Assembly: GCA_050014195.1 (NCBI GenBank)
Contig: JBEKDT010000001.1
Coordinates: forward strand, 224,001-288,000
Reading direction: 5' to 3'
Length of the DNA stretch: 64,000 nt
Source: Desulfomonilia bacterium
GTDB taxonomy: Bacteria; Desulfobacterota; Desulfomonilia; UBA1062
Positions within the stretch are counted from its first letter, which is position 1, and each line of letters starts with the position of its first letter. Of this stretch, positions 1 to 10,296 are shown in pieces. A program made the position numbers and the translations under genes. The notes below the pieces were generated by a model. The model ran no database searches, was not told the DNA's origin, and saw only the letters and a list, made by a program, of their open reading frames with translations.

Positions 1-1
1 G

Positions 2-610
2 ATCTGCAAGGACAACGGCATCCTCTTCATAGCCGACGAGATCCAGTCAGGCATGGGCAGAACGGGCAAGCAGATGTTCGCCATTGAGCACTGGGGCGTA
101 GAGCCCGATCTGATCACCGTTGCCAAGAGTCTGGCAGCCGGCTTGCCGCTAAGCGCTGTTGTCGGCAAGCAAGAGATCATGGATTCGGTACATGCGGGCG
201 GCATCGGCGGCACCTACGGCGGCAACCCGGTGTGCTGCGCGGCAGCCCTGGCGGTCCTTGAGGTGTACGAGGAAGAGAAACTGCTCGACAAGAGCGAAAG
301 GCTCGGCAAGAAGCTCAGGAAGTACTTCCATGAGCTCAAGGCCAAGCACGAGATCATCGGCGATGTGAGGGGCTTAGGTCCAATGCTGGCGTTAGAGCTG
401 GTCAAGGACCGCAAGACCAAGAAGCCTGCACCTGATGAGACTGCGGCCGTTGTGAAGTATGCCTTTGAGAAGGGATTGAACATCCTGTCCTGCGGCCAGT
501 ACAGCAACGTCATCCGCACCATGATGCCGCTGGTTATAACCGATGAGCAGGTGGCCAAAGGGGTATCCATCCTCGATGACGCATTTGCTTCACTGAAAAA
601 GAAGAAATAA
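2..610 (+). CDS. gabT: Class III PLP aminotransferase, 4-aminobutyrate aminotransferase-like (5' truncated by window)
   Basis: Frame open from base 2: LFIADEIQSGMGRTG, PLP lysine in TVAKSLAAGLPL, GGTYGGNP, GDVRGLG motifs. Confidence 0.8.
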   Translation: MCKDNGILFIADEIQSGMGRTGKQMFAIEHWGVEPDLITVAKSLAAGLPLSAVVGKQEIMDSVHAGGIGGTYGGNPVCCAAALAVLEVYEEEKLLDKSERLGKKLRKYFHELKAKHEIIGDVRGLGPMLALELVKDRKTKKPAPDETAAVVKYAFEKGLNILSCGQYSNVIRTMMPLVITDEQVAKGVSILDDAFASLKKKK

Positions 611-710
611 CGAGGGCGCATATTGAACCTGCCCTTTTTACGGCTACTATACTAAAGAAGTAAGTTCCCGTAAGGGGAATGAGTACAAACAAAACTAAAG
701 GGGGAGTTAT

Positions 711-1982
711 ATGAACAAGAGGACTTTCTGGCGTAATTATCTGAGTATCGTGGTTTTCGCTCTTACCTGCGCGCTGGTCTTCATATCAGGTACATCGGTG
801 CTGGCAGCAGGAGCGAAAGAGGTTAAGATCGGCAATATCCTGCCGCTTTCAGGGCCGTCCGCTTCGGTGGGTGAACAGAACAAGAGGGCCATCGAACTGG
901 CCACCGAGTACATCAATAAGGCCGGCGGCATCAAGTCATTGGGCGGCGCCAAGCTCGTAAACATCTTCACGGACAGCAAGGGCGATCCGACCGTGGGTGT
1001 ATCCGCTGCAGAACAGCTCATCAACTCCGATAAGGTCAGCCTCATCTCCGGCTGCTGGAACTCGGCGGTCACCTATCCGTCCACCCAGGTTGCAGAGCGC
1101 TATCAGGTTCCATTCTTGGTCCCCGTCTCTGTAGCAGACAAGATCACGGAACGCGGCTTCAAGTACACCTTCCGCATCGCTGCAAAAGACAGCTGGTGGG
1201 CCCGTGACCAGTTCCGGTTCCTCGAGGACATGAAGAAGGCACATGGAACAAAACTCGAGACCATCGCCTTTGTCTATGAGAATGGCGACTGGGGAACCGG
1301 GATGGAGAAGCAGTGGGATATACTCGCCAAGCAGTACGGCTACAAGGTCGTCCTTGATGAGCCCTATCCCAGCACAGCGTCCGACCTGACCCCTGTGGCC
1401 ATGAAGATCAAGACCGCAAAGCCCGATGTCATCCTTTTAACCTCCAATGCGGCTGACGCCATCCTGCTGACCAACACTATGGCCACCATGAAGGTGAAGG
1501 CAAAGGCCATCATCGGCACAGGTGGCGGCCATGCCGACCCCATGTTCCGGAAGAACACTGCAAAGAACTGCGAGTACATGTTTGACGTGGTAGAGTGGGA
1601 GACCGACCTCGGCAGGCCGGAAATCCCGAAGCTCAATGCCGAGTTCAAGAAGCGCAACGGCTATGACCTGGCAGGGGAATCTGTTGATGCCTTTGCATCG
1701 GTCTACGTAATCGCAGATGCCCTGGAGCGTGCGAAATCCACCGATCCGAAAAAGATCAGGGATGCCCTGGCCACCACAAAACTCTGCCAGGGACCCAAGG
1801 CCCCGCTCGGCATCAACATCCTCTCGTATCCCTGCATTGGGTTTGACGAGACCGGCCAGAACAAAGAGGCAGGTATTGTGCTTGTCCAGTTCCGTGATGT
1901 CAAGGGAACCATGGAGCGCGTAACGGTGTGGCCGATCCCCGCAGCAAGGAAGGGAGTCAAGGCTGTATTCCCCATGCCGTAA
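711..1982 (+). CDS. Branched-chain amino acid-type ABC transporter substrate-binding protein (LivJ/K family)
   Basis: Signal peptide, VKIGNILPLSGP, INKAGGI motif; GGGGAG RBS; precedes livHMGF. Confidence 0.9.
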   Translation: MNKRTFWRNYLSIVVFALTCALVFISGTSVLAAGAKEVKIGNILPLSGPSASVGEQNKRAIELATEYINKAGGIKSLGGAKLVNIFTDSKGDPTVGVSAAEQLINSDKVSLISGCWNSAVTYPSTQVAERYQVPFLVPVSVADKITERGFKYTFRIAAKDSWWARDQFRFLEDMKKAHGTKLETIAFVYENGDWGTGMEKQWDILAKQYGYKVVLDEPYPSTASDLTPVAMKIKTAKPDVILLTSNAADAILLTNTMATMKVKAKAIIGTGGGHADPMFRKNTAKNCEYMFDVVEWETDLGRPEIPKLNAEFKKRNGYDLAGESVDAFASVYVIADALERAKSTDPKKIRDALATTKLCQGPKAPLGINILSYPCIGFDETGQNKEAGIVLVQFRDVKGTMERVTVWPIPAARKGVKAVFPMP

Positions 1983-2041
1983 GGAAATAATCTAAGTTGA
2001 AGTGAAAGGAAAGAATATCTCAAAGGAGTAATCGTGGAAAA

Positions 2042-2066
2042 GCCGGGCCCCTTCAAGGAGCCCGGC
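2042..2066 (+). other. GC-rich intercistronic stem-loop after the binding-protein gene (possible mRNA stabiliser or attenuator)
   Basis: gccgggc..cctt-c-aagg..gcccggc inverted repeat, no U-tract. Confidence 0.4.
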
Positions 2067-2097
2067 CCCCCACGACCAAATCAAAAACGAGGTCACC

Positions 2098-2982
2098 ATG
2101 GACGTTATTATTCAGGCAATCATAAACGGGGTCATGTCCGGCTCATACTATGGTCTTGCAGCGCTTGGCCTCACGCTCGTATTCGGGGTCATCAAGGTCA
2201 TCAACTTCGCCCACGGGTCTCTCCTGATGGTGGGCATGTTCACCGCATACTGGATCGTGATGCTAACCGGATGGAATCCCTATGCAGCCCTTTTCCTGGT
2301 AGTGCCCATGCTCTTCATCTTCGGGTATGCGCTGCAGGGCATCGTGATCAAGCCGATCCTTGAGGCCCAGCGTGAGGTCAGGGAGCCCGTCGAGGTCATC
2401 ATCGTGACAACGGGCGTGTGGTACATCCTTGACAATCTGGCCCTCATGTCCTTCGGCGCCGAGTATCGGGTTGTGCAGACGAGCATGTCCGGCCAAATCT
2501 TCATGTTAGGCGACTACATCTTTCCCAAAGCGCAGACCTATGGATTGATTACGACAATCGTCACCTCTGGTCTTCTGCTCTGGTTCCTCAAATACACCAG
2601 GATGGGAAAATCCATCAGGGCCGCCTCCCTTGACCGTGATGCAGCAAGCCTCATGGGGATCAATCAGTACCGTGTCTACAATATAGCCTTCGGTATAGGG
2701 GCCGCCATCGCAGGGATCGTTGGATGCGTCTTAATTCCTTTCTACTATGTGTTTCCCTCGGTGGGGGTCGTCTTTGATGTGAAGTGTTTCATCATCGTGG
2801 TCTTGGGAGGTCTGGGCAGCATCCCCGGGGCACTCATCGGCGGTCTAATTATCGGGCTCATCGAGTCCATCTTCGCCCAGTACATGGCCTCCACGTGGAC
2901 AGAGCTCATCGTCTATGTGGTGTTCCTGGCAGTGCTGTTTATCAGACCGGCCGGCCTCTTTGGTGAGAAGAGGGATTGGTAA
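2098..2982 (+). CDS. livH: Liv-type ABC permease
   Basis: ALGLTLVFGVIKVINFAHG, IVVLGGLGSIPGALIGG. Confidence 0.9.
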   Translation: MDVIIQAIINGVMSGSYYGLAALGLTLVFGVIKVINFAHGSLLMVGMFTAYWIVMLTGWNPYAALFLVVPMLFIFGYALQGIVIKPILEAQREVREPVEVIIVTTGVWYILDNLALMSFGAEYRVVQTSMSGQIFMLGDYIFPKAQTYGLITTIVTSGLLLWFLKYTRMGKSIRAASLDRDAASLMGINQYRVYNIAFGIGAAIAGIVGCVLIPFYYVFPSVGVVFDVKCFIIVVLGGLGSIPGALIGGLIIGLIESIFAQYMASTWTELIVYVVFLAVLFIRPAGLFGEKRDW

Positions 2983-2999
2983 GAAAGGAGACAACGAAG

Positions 3000-4034
3000 A
3001 TGAATGCTTCGTCAAAAAGAAAAACCATCGATACCATACTGAAGATCGTATTGGCCGGCATCGTATTCACGCTGCCGCTGTGGATGACGAGCCCCACCTA
3101 TCTCCAGATCCTCATTCTGCTGTTCTTCTACGCCTACCTTACCACCTGCTGGAACCTGGTTGGCGGCTTTGCCGGGGTACTGCCGCTGGGGCATTCCGCC
3201 TATGTCGGGATCGGTGCATATACCTCCACGGTCCTGTTCATGACCTACGGGTTAAGCCCCTGGCTTGGTATGTTCGTCGGGGGGATCCTGGCAGCCATCG
3301 TGGGCCTGATCATCGGCATACCGACACTGAAGCTCCGGGGTGCATACTTCGCGCTCTCCACCATGGCCTTTGGTGAAGGGGTGCGGGTGCTGGTGGAGAA
3401 CACCATGAAACTCGGGCCCTTCGAGATCAACGGCCCCCGGGGCATCAGCGTCCCCTTGAAGATGGGCACGCCCTTGGAAAACCTGATCAACTACCAGTTC
3501 GTGGACAAGCTCCCCTACTACTACATCATCCTCATTCTGCTGTGCATAGCGATCTTCGTCACCTGGTACGTTTCAAGAATCAGGCCAGGCTACTACATCA
3601 TCGCGGGCGGCGAAGAACCCGAGGCTGCGCAGGCTTTAGGCATAAACGTAGCAAGGTACAAGGAGATGTTCATGGCGCTGAGCTGCTTTCTCACGGCATT
3701 TGCCGGTACGTTCTATGCCCAGCTCAACTTATACTTCTTCCCCAAGGGGATCTTGAGCCTGGATTTCTCCTTCGAACTCGCGTTCATAGCACTCATCGGT
3801 GGCCGGGGCACCATCGCAGGCCCGGTCATTGGTGCGCTCCTGCTCAGGCCTGTGGGAGAATTCTCCCGGATCTACCTGAGCGCGGTCCTGCCGGGCCTCC
3901 ACCTGGTGATCTATGGGCTCATCCTGATCCTGGTCATGCTCTTCCAGCCCAGAGGATTGGTGGAGCCGCTGACAAGGTTCTACAACTGGATCCTCGACAA
4001 GCTGAGCGGTGAGAGAAAGGAGGTCAAGGCATAA
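3000..4034 (+). CDS. livM: Liv-type ABC permease
   Basis: LPLGHSAYVGIGAY, LRGAYFALST, IGGRGTIAGP; start set at ATG 3000 behind AAGGAG. Confidence 0.9.
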   Translation: MNASSKRKTIDTILKIVLAGIVFTLPLWMTSPTYLQILILLFFYAYLTTCWNLVGGFAGVLPLGHSAYVGIGAYTSTVLFMTYGLSPWLGMFVGGILAAIVGLIIGIPTLKLRGAYFALSTMAFGEGVRVLVENTMKLGPFEINGPRGISVPLKMGTPLENLINYQFVDKLPYYYIILILLCIAIFVTWYVSRIRPGYYIIAGGEEPEAAQALGINVARYKEMFMALSCFLTAFAGTFYAQLNLYFFPKGILSLDFSFELAFIALIGGRGTIAGPVIGALLLRPVGEFSRIYLSAVLPGLHLVIYGLILILVMLFQPRGLVEPLTRFYNWILDKLSGERKEVKA

Positions 4035-4035
4035 C

Positions 4036-4761
4036 ATGGCTTATCTCGAGATTAACAACGTATCAAAGCACTTCGGAGGACTGAAGGCCGTTGATGAAGT
4101 AAGCATAAAGATAGAGAAGGGCCAGATCTACGGCCTCATCGGGCCCAACGGCGCAGGCAAGTCGACCCTGTTCAACTGTGTGGCAGGAACATACGCCCCG
4201 ACCTCCGGCTCCATACTCTATCAAGGGGAAGACATCACGGGTTGGAAATCGTGGAACATCTGCAAGAAAAAGATCGCCCGCACCTTCCAGATCGTGAAGC
4301 CCTTCCAGACCAAAACAGTGCTCTACAATACCATGGTCGGTGCATTCATCAATACCGCAAGCACTTCGGAGGCTAAGGACAGGGCCATGGAGGTCCTCAA
4401 GCGGTTCCAGTTGGGCGATAAATGGAACGTGCAGGCTAAGAACCTCACCATTGCAGACCGCAAGCGCCTCGAGATCGCCCGGGCCATGGCCACAAAGCCG
4501 GATATGTTCCTTATGGATGAAAGCATGGCAGGGCTTCGCCCTAATGAGGTGGACGAGATGCTGGATGAGATACGGAAAATAAGGGACAGTGGTGTAACCA
4601 TCTTCATGATCGAACACATCATGCGGGCCATCATGTCGGTATCTGACAGAATCACGGTCATCCAGTTCGGCAAGAAGATTATGGACGGCACACCGCAGGA
4701 AGTATCGAAGGACGAGCGGGTCATCAAAGCATACCTGGGGGAAAGTTATGGCGCTGCTTGA
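4036..4761 (+). CDS. livG: Liv-type ABC ATP-binding subunit
   Basis: GPNGAGKST, RTFQ, IEH, C-terminal VIKAYLG. Confidence 0.9.
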   Translation: MAYLEINNVSKHFGGLKAVDEVSIKIEKGQIYGLIGPNGAGKSTLFNCVAGTYAPTSGSILYQGEDITGWKSWNICKKKIARTFQIVKPFQTKTVLYNTMVGAFINTASTSEAKDRAMEVLKRFQLGDKWNVQAKNLTIADRKRLEIARAMATKPDMFLMDESMAGLRPNEVDEMLDEIRKIRDSGVTIFMIEHIMRAIMSVSDRITVIQFGKKIMDGTPQEVSKDERVIKAYLGESYGAA

Positions 4762-5458
4762 TATCAAAAACATCAACTGCTACTACGGCGATGTGCAGGT
4801 CATCTATGATGTGTCCATGCACATAGATGAAGGCGAGGTCATCAGCCTCATCGGTGCCAACGGCGCCGGTAAGTCCACCATGCTCAGGACCATATCCGGG
4901 CTCATGCGAGTTCGCTCCGGGGAGATCATCTTCGAGAACCAGCCCATCCACCATCTGCGCCCCGAAAAGATCGTGGAAAGGGGCATCATCCAGGTCCCTG
5001 AGGGGAGGAAGCTCTTCAGCCTCATGACAGTCCGCGAAAACCTGGATGTCGGGGCCCATAACTCCCGGGCTTACCCTCACCTGCAGGATACCCTCAAGGA
5101 CATCTACAAACTCCTGCCCCGGCTCGAAGAGCGGGAAAAACAGCAGGCCATAACGCTCTCCGGTGGCGAGCAGCAGATGGTGGCCATCGGCAGGGGCATG
5201 ATGGCCATGCCCAAGATCCTCATGATGGACGAACCATCTCTGGGACTGGCGCCGGTTCTCATCAAGGAGATCTTCACCACAATCCGCAAGATCGCAGACC
5301 AGGGGACCACGGTGCTCCTGGTGGAGCAGGATGTGCAGCACTCGCTGAATCTGTCGGACCGCGGGTACGTGCTGGAGCACGGACGTATCGTCATGGAAGG
5401 GAAAGGCAAGGAGCTCTTGGAGAATCCCAATATCCGGGAAGCATACCTCGGAATCTAG
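4748..5458 (+). CDS. livF: Liv-type ABC ATP-binding subunit
   Basis: GANGAGKST, VPEGR, LSGGEQQM, DEPSLGLAP, EAYLG. Confidence 0.92.
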   Translation: MALLDIKNINCYYGDVQVIYDVSMHIDEGEVISLIGANGAGKSTMLRTISGLMRVRSGEIIFENQPIHHLRPEKIVERGIIQVPEGRKLFSLMTVRENLDVGAHNSRAYPHLQDTLKDIYKLLPRLEEREKQQAITLSGGEQQMVAIGRGMMAMPKILMMDEPSLGLAPVLIKEIFTTIRKIADQGTTVLLVEQDVQHSLNLSDRGYVLEHGRIVMEGKGKELLENPNIREAYLGI

Positions 5459-5510
5459 CAATGAAGGTGATCATGACACTGGATAGATACTCATAGCCCC
5501 TTTTCATATC

Positions 5511-5545
5511 GTTCCATCCATCCACCCCTCACGGATGGATGGAAC
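5511..5545. repeat. Perfect 13-bp inverted repeat between livF and gdhA
   Basis: gttccatccatcc (5511-5523), 9-nt loop, ggatggatggaac (5533-5545). Confidence 0.8.
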
Positions 5546-5732
5546 ACCCCCAATTCACCACGAAGCTTCTAAGAACAGGCAGGAAGAAGAGAGAGGTACA
5601 TGTGTGAGGGATAGTTCCATCATCACAGAGGTGAGACAATTTTCATAGGCGGATCAAGGTATAGCCGGGCTCACTTCGTGATTGAAAAATAAGGATGCCC
5701 TAAGACGAACGATAAAGGAGGATTCAAAAGTT

Positions 5733-7082
5733 ATGGAAGATTTTCTAAAGAAGTGTGAGGAATGCAACCCCGGGGAAAAGGAATTTCTCCAGGCTGTGAC
5801 TGAGGTTGTGAAGTCTGTAAAACCGGTCCTCGACAAACATCCCGAATACCGGAAGGAAAAGATCCTTGACCGGATGGTGGAGCCGGAGCGATTGGTCATC
5901 TTCAGAGTACCCTGGGTTGACGACAAGGGAGATGTACAGGTGAACCGTGGCTACCGCATCCAGATGAACAGTGCCATCGGCCCCTATAAGGGCGGGTTCA
6001 GGTTCCATCCTTCCGTTAACCTCTCCATACTCAAGTTCCTGGCCTTTGAACAGGTATTCAAGAACTCGCTCACAACCCTACCCATGGGCGGCGGCAAGGG
6101 CGGCTCCAACTTCGACCCCAAGGGCAAGTCCGACCGCGAGGTCATGAGATTCTGCCATAGCTTTATGAGCGAGATCTTCCGTCATGTCGGCCAGTTCACC
6201 GATGTCCCGGCAGGTGATATCGGCGTGGGTGCCCGAGAGATCGGGTATTTGTTCGGGATGTATAAGAAACTCAGGAACGAGTTTGTGGGTGTTCTTACCG
6301 GCAAAGGACTGAATTTCGGCGGTAGCCTCATCAGGCCCGAGGCCACCGGCTACGGCTCGGTCTACTTTGCGTCGGAAATGCTCTCGACCAAAAATCAGAC
6401 CCTTGAAGGCAAGCTATGCCTCGTCTCGGGCTCCGGCAACGTTGCACAGTACACCGTGGAAAAGATCCTGGATCTCGGCGGCAAGCCTGTGACCATGTCT
6501 GACTCCAACGGATACATCTACGACGAGGCGGGCATCAACAGAGAGAAACTCGCTTTCATTATGGAGCTCAAAAACATCCGCAGGGGCCGCATCAAAGAAT
6601 ATGCCGACAAATATAAGGGCGTGCTCTATACCCCGATCGATCCGGCGCAGGAGTTCAACCCCCTGTGGGACCACAAGGCCGACTGCGCATTCCCATCTGC
6701 CACCCAGAACGAGATCAACGGCAAGGATGCGGCAAACCTCATAAAGAACGGCGTCTACGTCGTGAGTGAAGGCGCCAATATGCCCACCACGCCTGACGGT
6801 GTCGAGATCTTCCTCGATCAGAAGATCCTTTATGGACCGGGCAAGGCTGCGAATGCAGGCGGCGTATCCGTGTCCGGACTGGAGATGACACAGAACAGCA
6901 TGCGCCTCAACTGGACAAGGGAAGAAGTGGACAACCGCTTAAGGATGATTATGAAGGCCATCCACAGTGCCTGTGTGAATGCCTCGACAACATACGGCTC
7001 TCCGGGAAACTATGTAAACGGGGCCAACATCGCGGGCTTCGTAAAGGTTGCCGATGCCATGATGGCCCAAGGTATCGTGTAA
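5733..7082 (+). CDS. gdhA: NADP-specific glutamate dehydrogenase
   Basis: GPYKGGFRFHPSV, LPMGGGKGG, DVPAGDIGVG, RPEATGYG, GSGNVA, KAANAGGV; AAGGAGG RBS before ATG 5733. Confidence 0.95.
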   Translation: MEDFLKKCEECNPGEKEFLQAVTEVVKSVKPVLDKHPEYRKEKILDRMVEPERLVIFRVPWVDDKGDVQVNRGYRIQMNSAIGPYKGGFRFHPSVNLSILKFLAFEQVFKNSLTTLPMGGGKGGSNFDPKGKSDREVMRFCHSFMSEIFRHVGQFTDVPAGDIGVGAREIGYLFGMYKKLRNEFVGVLTGKGLNFGGSLIRPEATGYGSVYFASEMLSTKNQTLEGKLCLVSGSGNVAQYTVEKILDLGGKPVTMSDSNGYIYDEAGINREKLAFIMELKNIRRGRIKEYADKYKGVLYTPIDPAQEFNPLWDHKADCAFPSATQNEINGKDAANLIKNGVYVVSEGANMPTTPDGVEIFLDQKILYGPGKAANAGGVSVSGLEMTQNSMRLNWTREEVDNRLRMIMKAIHSACVNASTTYGSPGNYVNGANIAGFVKVADAMMAQGIV

Positions 7083-7104
7083 GTAAAACGAATGAATGCA
7101 TGGG

Positions 7105-7136
7105 GCGGCGGTTCCTCTCGATAAGGGAACCGCCGC
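7105..7136 (+). terminator. Stem-loop downstream of gdhA (terminator or processing hairpin; no clear U-tract)
   Basis: gcggcggttcc / ggaaccgccgc 11-bp stem. Confidence 0.55.
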
Positions 7137-7258
7137 GATAAATCATGTTGATACATGAGGAGGCCGGTGGACTAAAGAAAACTCCTTCGATTTCTTGCTT
7201 GATTCTGCAATGGCTGTATGATGAACCTAAAGACAGCACCATGGTTGTGGGGGGTTCC

Positions 7259-10243
7259 ATGAAACTGAAAGAGCGCGAGCTATCCAGTAAATACCACTTG
7301 AATTTCAAGGTCTTCCTGGAGCTTATGTCTGCAAAAGTCCGCGAGATCCTGCTGATCTCGAGCCGTTATGATGCTTTCATCATCGAAGAAGACGTCACGC
7401 TGGCCTCCCGGATCATCTCCGAATACAGCGGGCTTAACCTCTCCCAGCCTCCCCGGGTGACGCGGACATCATCCGCCCTGCATGCACTCAAACTCCTGGA
7501 TGAGAAGAATTTCGACCTGGTCTTTTCCATGCCGAACCTCGAGGATATGGATGCCTTCACGCTGGGCAAAAAGATCAAAGAAAAGATGCCTCATCTGCCT
7601 GTCTATCTGCTGGCGCACAGCCTCAGGGGCATCCAGACTTCGAATGAGGCCATTCTCTACGAAGGGATCGACAAGGTCTTCATCTGGTCGGGGAACGCCG
7701 ACCTCCTGCTTGCCATCATCAAGAGCACGGAAGATGCACTGAACGTTGATTATGATACCACACATGCCCAGGTTTGCGTGCTCATTTTTGTCGAAGACTC
7801 ACCGCTCTACTATTCAACGCTGCTCCCCATCTTCTACAAGGAGGTGGTCCGCCAGATCCAGGCCGTTTTAGAGCTCGGGGTGAACGAGGAAGAGCGGCTG
7901 CTGATCATGCGCACCAGGCCCAAGATACTGTCCGCGCAGACCTTTGAAGAGGCCTCTGAGCTCTACGAGAAGTACAAGCCCTACCTGCTGGGTATCATCT
8001 CGGACACGCGCTTTCCAAAGCAGGGTAAAGTATACGGCAATGCCGGGGTTGATCTGCTTTCCCGGGCCAGGCAGGAGATGCCCTATCTACCCCTGCTCCT
8101 CTTCAGCTCCGAGCCGGAGAACCGGCCCAAGGCCGGGCGCATCCCGGCTGAGTTTATCGACAAGAACTCACCGAAGCTCTTAGATGAGATACACAACTTC
8201 TTCCTCACCCACCTGGGCTTCGGAGAATTTGTGTTCCACAAGCCCGACGGAACCGAAGTGGGCCGGGCAAACAAGCTGCGCATGCTCGAGGACAAGCTCG
8301 CCACGATCCCGGATGAGTCGCTGTGCCATCACATAGAAAAGAAGGACATGGCCAACTGGCTCATGATGCGCTCCGAAATCCCGCTTGCCTCCACTATCAG
8401 GGACCTGTCCTGCTCTTCGTTCACTTCCACCCGGGAGATGAGGGAGTACATCATATCCCTTATACACCTGGTGCGGAAATGGCGGCAGAAAGGCGTGGTG
8501 GCCAAGTTCAACAGGAAGGAGTTCAATATAGACCTCCTGGACTTCGCCAAGATCGGCCAGGGGTCTCTGGGAGGAAAGGCACGGGGCCTGGCGTTCATGT
8601 CATCCATGCTTCAGGAGGATATCAGCTTCTTAGAGAAGTACCGGCAGTGCACCATCCAGATTCCGCAGACTATCGTACTCGGCACCGATATCTTCGAAGA
8701 CTTCGTCGAGAGCAACAACCTTAAACGCTTCGCCTCGGAGGGATACACCGATGAGGAAGTGGCGCAGGCCTTCATGAGTGCAAAGATGCCCTATGGAATC
8801 GTTAAGGATCTTCAGACATACCTTGAACAGGTAGTCTACCCCCTTTCCGTGCGCTCATCGAGTCTGCTGGAAGACGCCCAGTTTCAGCCCTATGCAGGCC
8901 TGTATGAGACCTACATGATCCCCAATAACAACCCGGATTTTTCAAAACGGATCGAAGACCTCATCACTGCCATCAAGCTTGTGTATGCATCCACCTATTA
9001 CGAGAGCCCCAAGGCATTTGCAAAGAGCACTGCCAGCCAGGCCAAGGACGAGTCGATGGCAGTGGTCATCCAGCAGCTCGTGGGTGATGAGCACGGAGAC
9101 TATTACTATCCTACCATCTCCGGGGTGGCCCAGTCCCACAACTACTATCCCGTCTCGCACATGAAGCCCGAAGAAGGGATCGTGCAGATGGCCATCGGCT
9201 TCGGAAAGACCGTGGTCGAAGGAGGGAAGTCCCTGCGGTTCTCACCCAGATACCCCGAGATCCTGCCGCAGTTCTCCACGGTGGATGACATGATTACGAA
9301 TTCCCAGCGCTTCTTCTATTCACTTAAGATGAAGAACCATGACGACGGCGCACACCTCGGGGTGCATTCACACCTCGCCAGACGTGATATCTACGATGCA
9401 CGCGAAGAGTACCCCGTAGTTGCATGTGCAAGCACCTATGACGCAGCAGAACATCGGATAAGGGACACGAGCGAGGGCCCCGGCGGCAAGATCATCACCT
9501 TCTCCCAGATCCTGAAATACAAGAGCATACCTCTGCCTGAGATGCTCTCGGATATCATGGAGCTTGCCCGCAAGAATATGGGCTGCGCTGTTGAAATGGA
9601 GTTCGCGGTTAATCTCAAGAAAGACAAACCCGGCGCATGCGACTTCTACCTCCTCCAGGTGCGCCCTATGGTGACCGAGGAAGACCGCTTCGAGGTGGAG
9701 ATCACGGAAAAGGACCGCTCAAAGTCATTCTGCTACTCCAACCTCGCGCTCGGCAACGGCAAGCGGCAGGACATAGCGGACATCATCTTCGTGAAACCCG
9801 ATGATTTCAAGATCGAGGCCACACCGGAGATCGCCGAGGAAGTGGGCAGGCTCAACGGAATGCTGATTACGAAGAAGCTCCCCTACCTCCTCATCGGTCC
9901 GGGCAGGTGGGGCTCATTTGACCGGTGGCTGGGCATCCCGGTCCAGTGGAGACACATCTCGGGCGTAGGAGCGATCGTGGAGATCCGCGGCTCCCTGCTC
10001 AAGGCGGATCCGTCCCAGGGGTCACACTTCTTCCAGAACATCACCTCACTGGGTGTTCCATACGTGACCGTCACCGAAGGCAGCACCGACTTCCTCGACT
10101 GGAAGTGGCTTGAGTCTCTGAGCGTGATAACCGAGACGGCCTTCCTCAAGCATGTGAGGCTCGACGACCCGATCGTGATCAAGATCAACGGGAGAAAATC
10201 CCTGTGCGTCATGTATGTGGCCTTTGAGGACGACGTCCAATAA
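7259..10243 (+). CDS. Receiver-like domains fused to a PEP synthase/PPDK N-terminal (ATP-grasp) domain; function unknown
   Basis: N-terminal VEDS..ISDTRFP..FIDK receiver-like pattern; GSLGGKARGL, VRSSSLLED, FAGLY-like YAGLYET, MAVVIQQLVG, FYLLQVRPM PPDK_N motifs. Confidence 0.8.
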   Translation: MKLKERELSSKYHLNFKVFLELMSAKVREILLISSRYDAFIIEEDVTLASRIISEYSGLNLSQPPRVTRTSSALHALKLLDEKNFDLVFSMPNLEDMDAFTLGKKIKEKMPHLPVYLLAHSLRGIQTSNEAILYEGIDKVFIWSGNADLLLAIIKSTEDALNVDYDTTHAQVCVLIFVEDSPLYYSTLLPIFYKEVVRQIQAVLELGVNEEERLLIMRTRPKILSAQTFEEASELYEKYKPYLLGIISDTRFPKQGKVYGNAGVDLLSRARQEMPYLPLLLFSSEPENRPKAGRIPAEFIDKNSPKLLDEIHNFFLTHLGFGEFVFHKPDGTEVGRANKLRMLEDKLATIPDESLCHHIEKKDMANWLMMRSEIPLASTIRDLSCSSFTSTREMREYIISLIHLVRKWRQKGVVAKFNRKEFNIDLLDFAKIGQGSLGGKARGLAFMSSMLQEDISFLEKYRQCTIQIPQTIVLGTDIFEDFVESNNLKRFASEGYTDEEVAQAFMSAKMPYGIVKDLQTYLEQVVYPLSVRSSSLLEDAQFQPYAGLYETYMIPNNNPDFSKRIEDLITAIKLVYASTYYESPKAFAKSTASQAKDESMAVVIQQLVGDEHGDYYYPTISGVAQSHNYYPVSHMKPEEGIVQMAIGFGKTVVEGGKSLRFSPRYPEILPQFSTVDDMITNSQRFFYSLKMKNHDDGAHLGVHSHLARRDIYDAREEYPVVACASTYDAAEHRIRDTSEGPGGKIITFSQILKYKSIPLPEMLSDIMELARKNMGCAVEMEFAVNLKKDKPGACDFYLLQVRPMVTEEDRFEVEITEKDRSKSFCYSNLALGNGKRQDIADIIFVKPDDFKIEATPEIAEEVGRLNGMLITKKLPYLLIGPGRWGSFDRWLGIPVQWRHISGVGAIVEIRGSLLKADPSQGSHFFQNITSLGVPYVTVTEGSTDFLDWKWLESLSVITETAFLKHVRLDDPIVIKINGRKSLCVMYVAFEDDVQ

Positions 10244-10296
10244 ACCTTGAAAAAGCGAGGCCAAAACGCTATCTACAAAGGAAAAGGTCTTATAGC

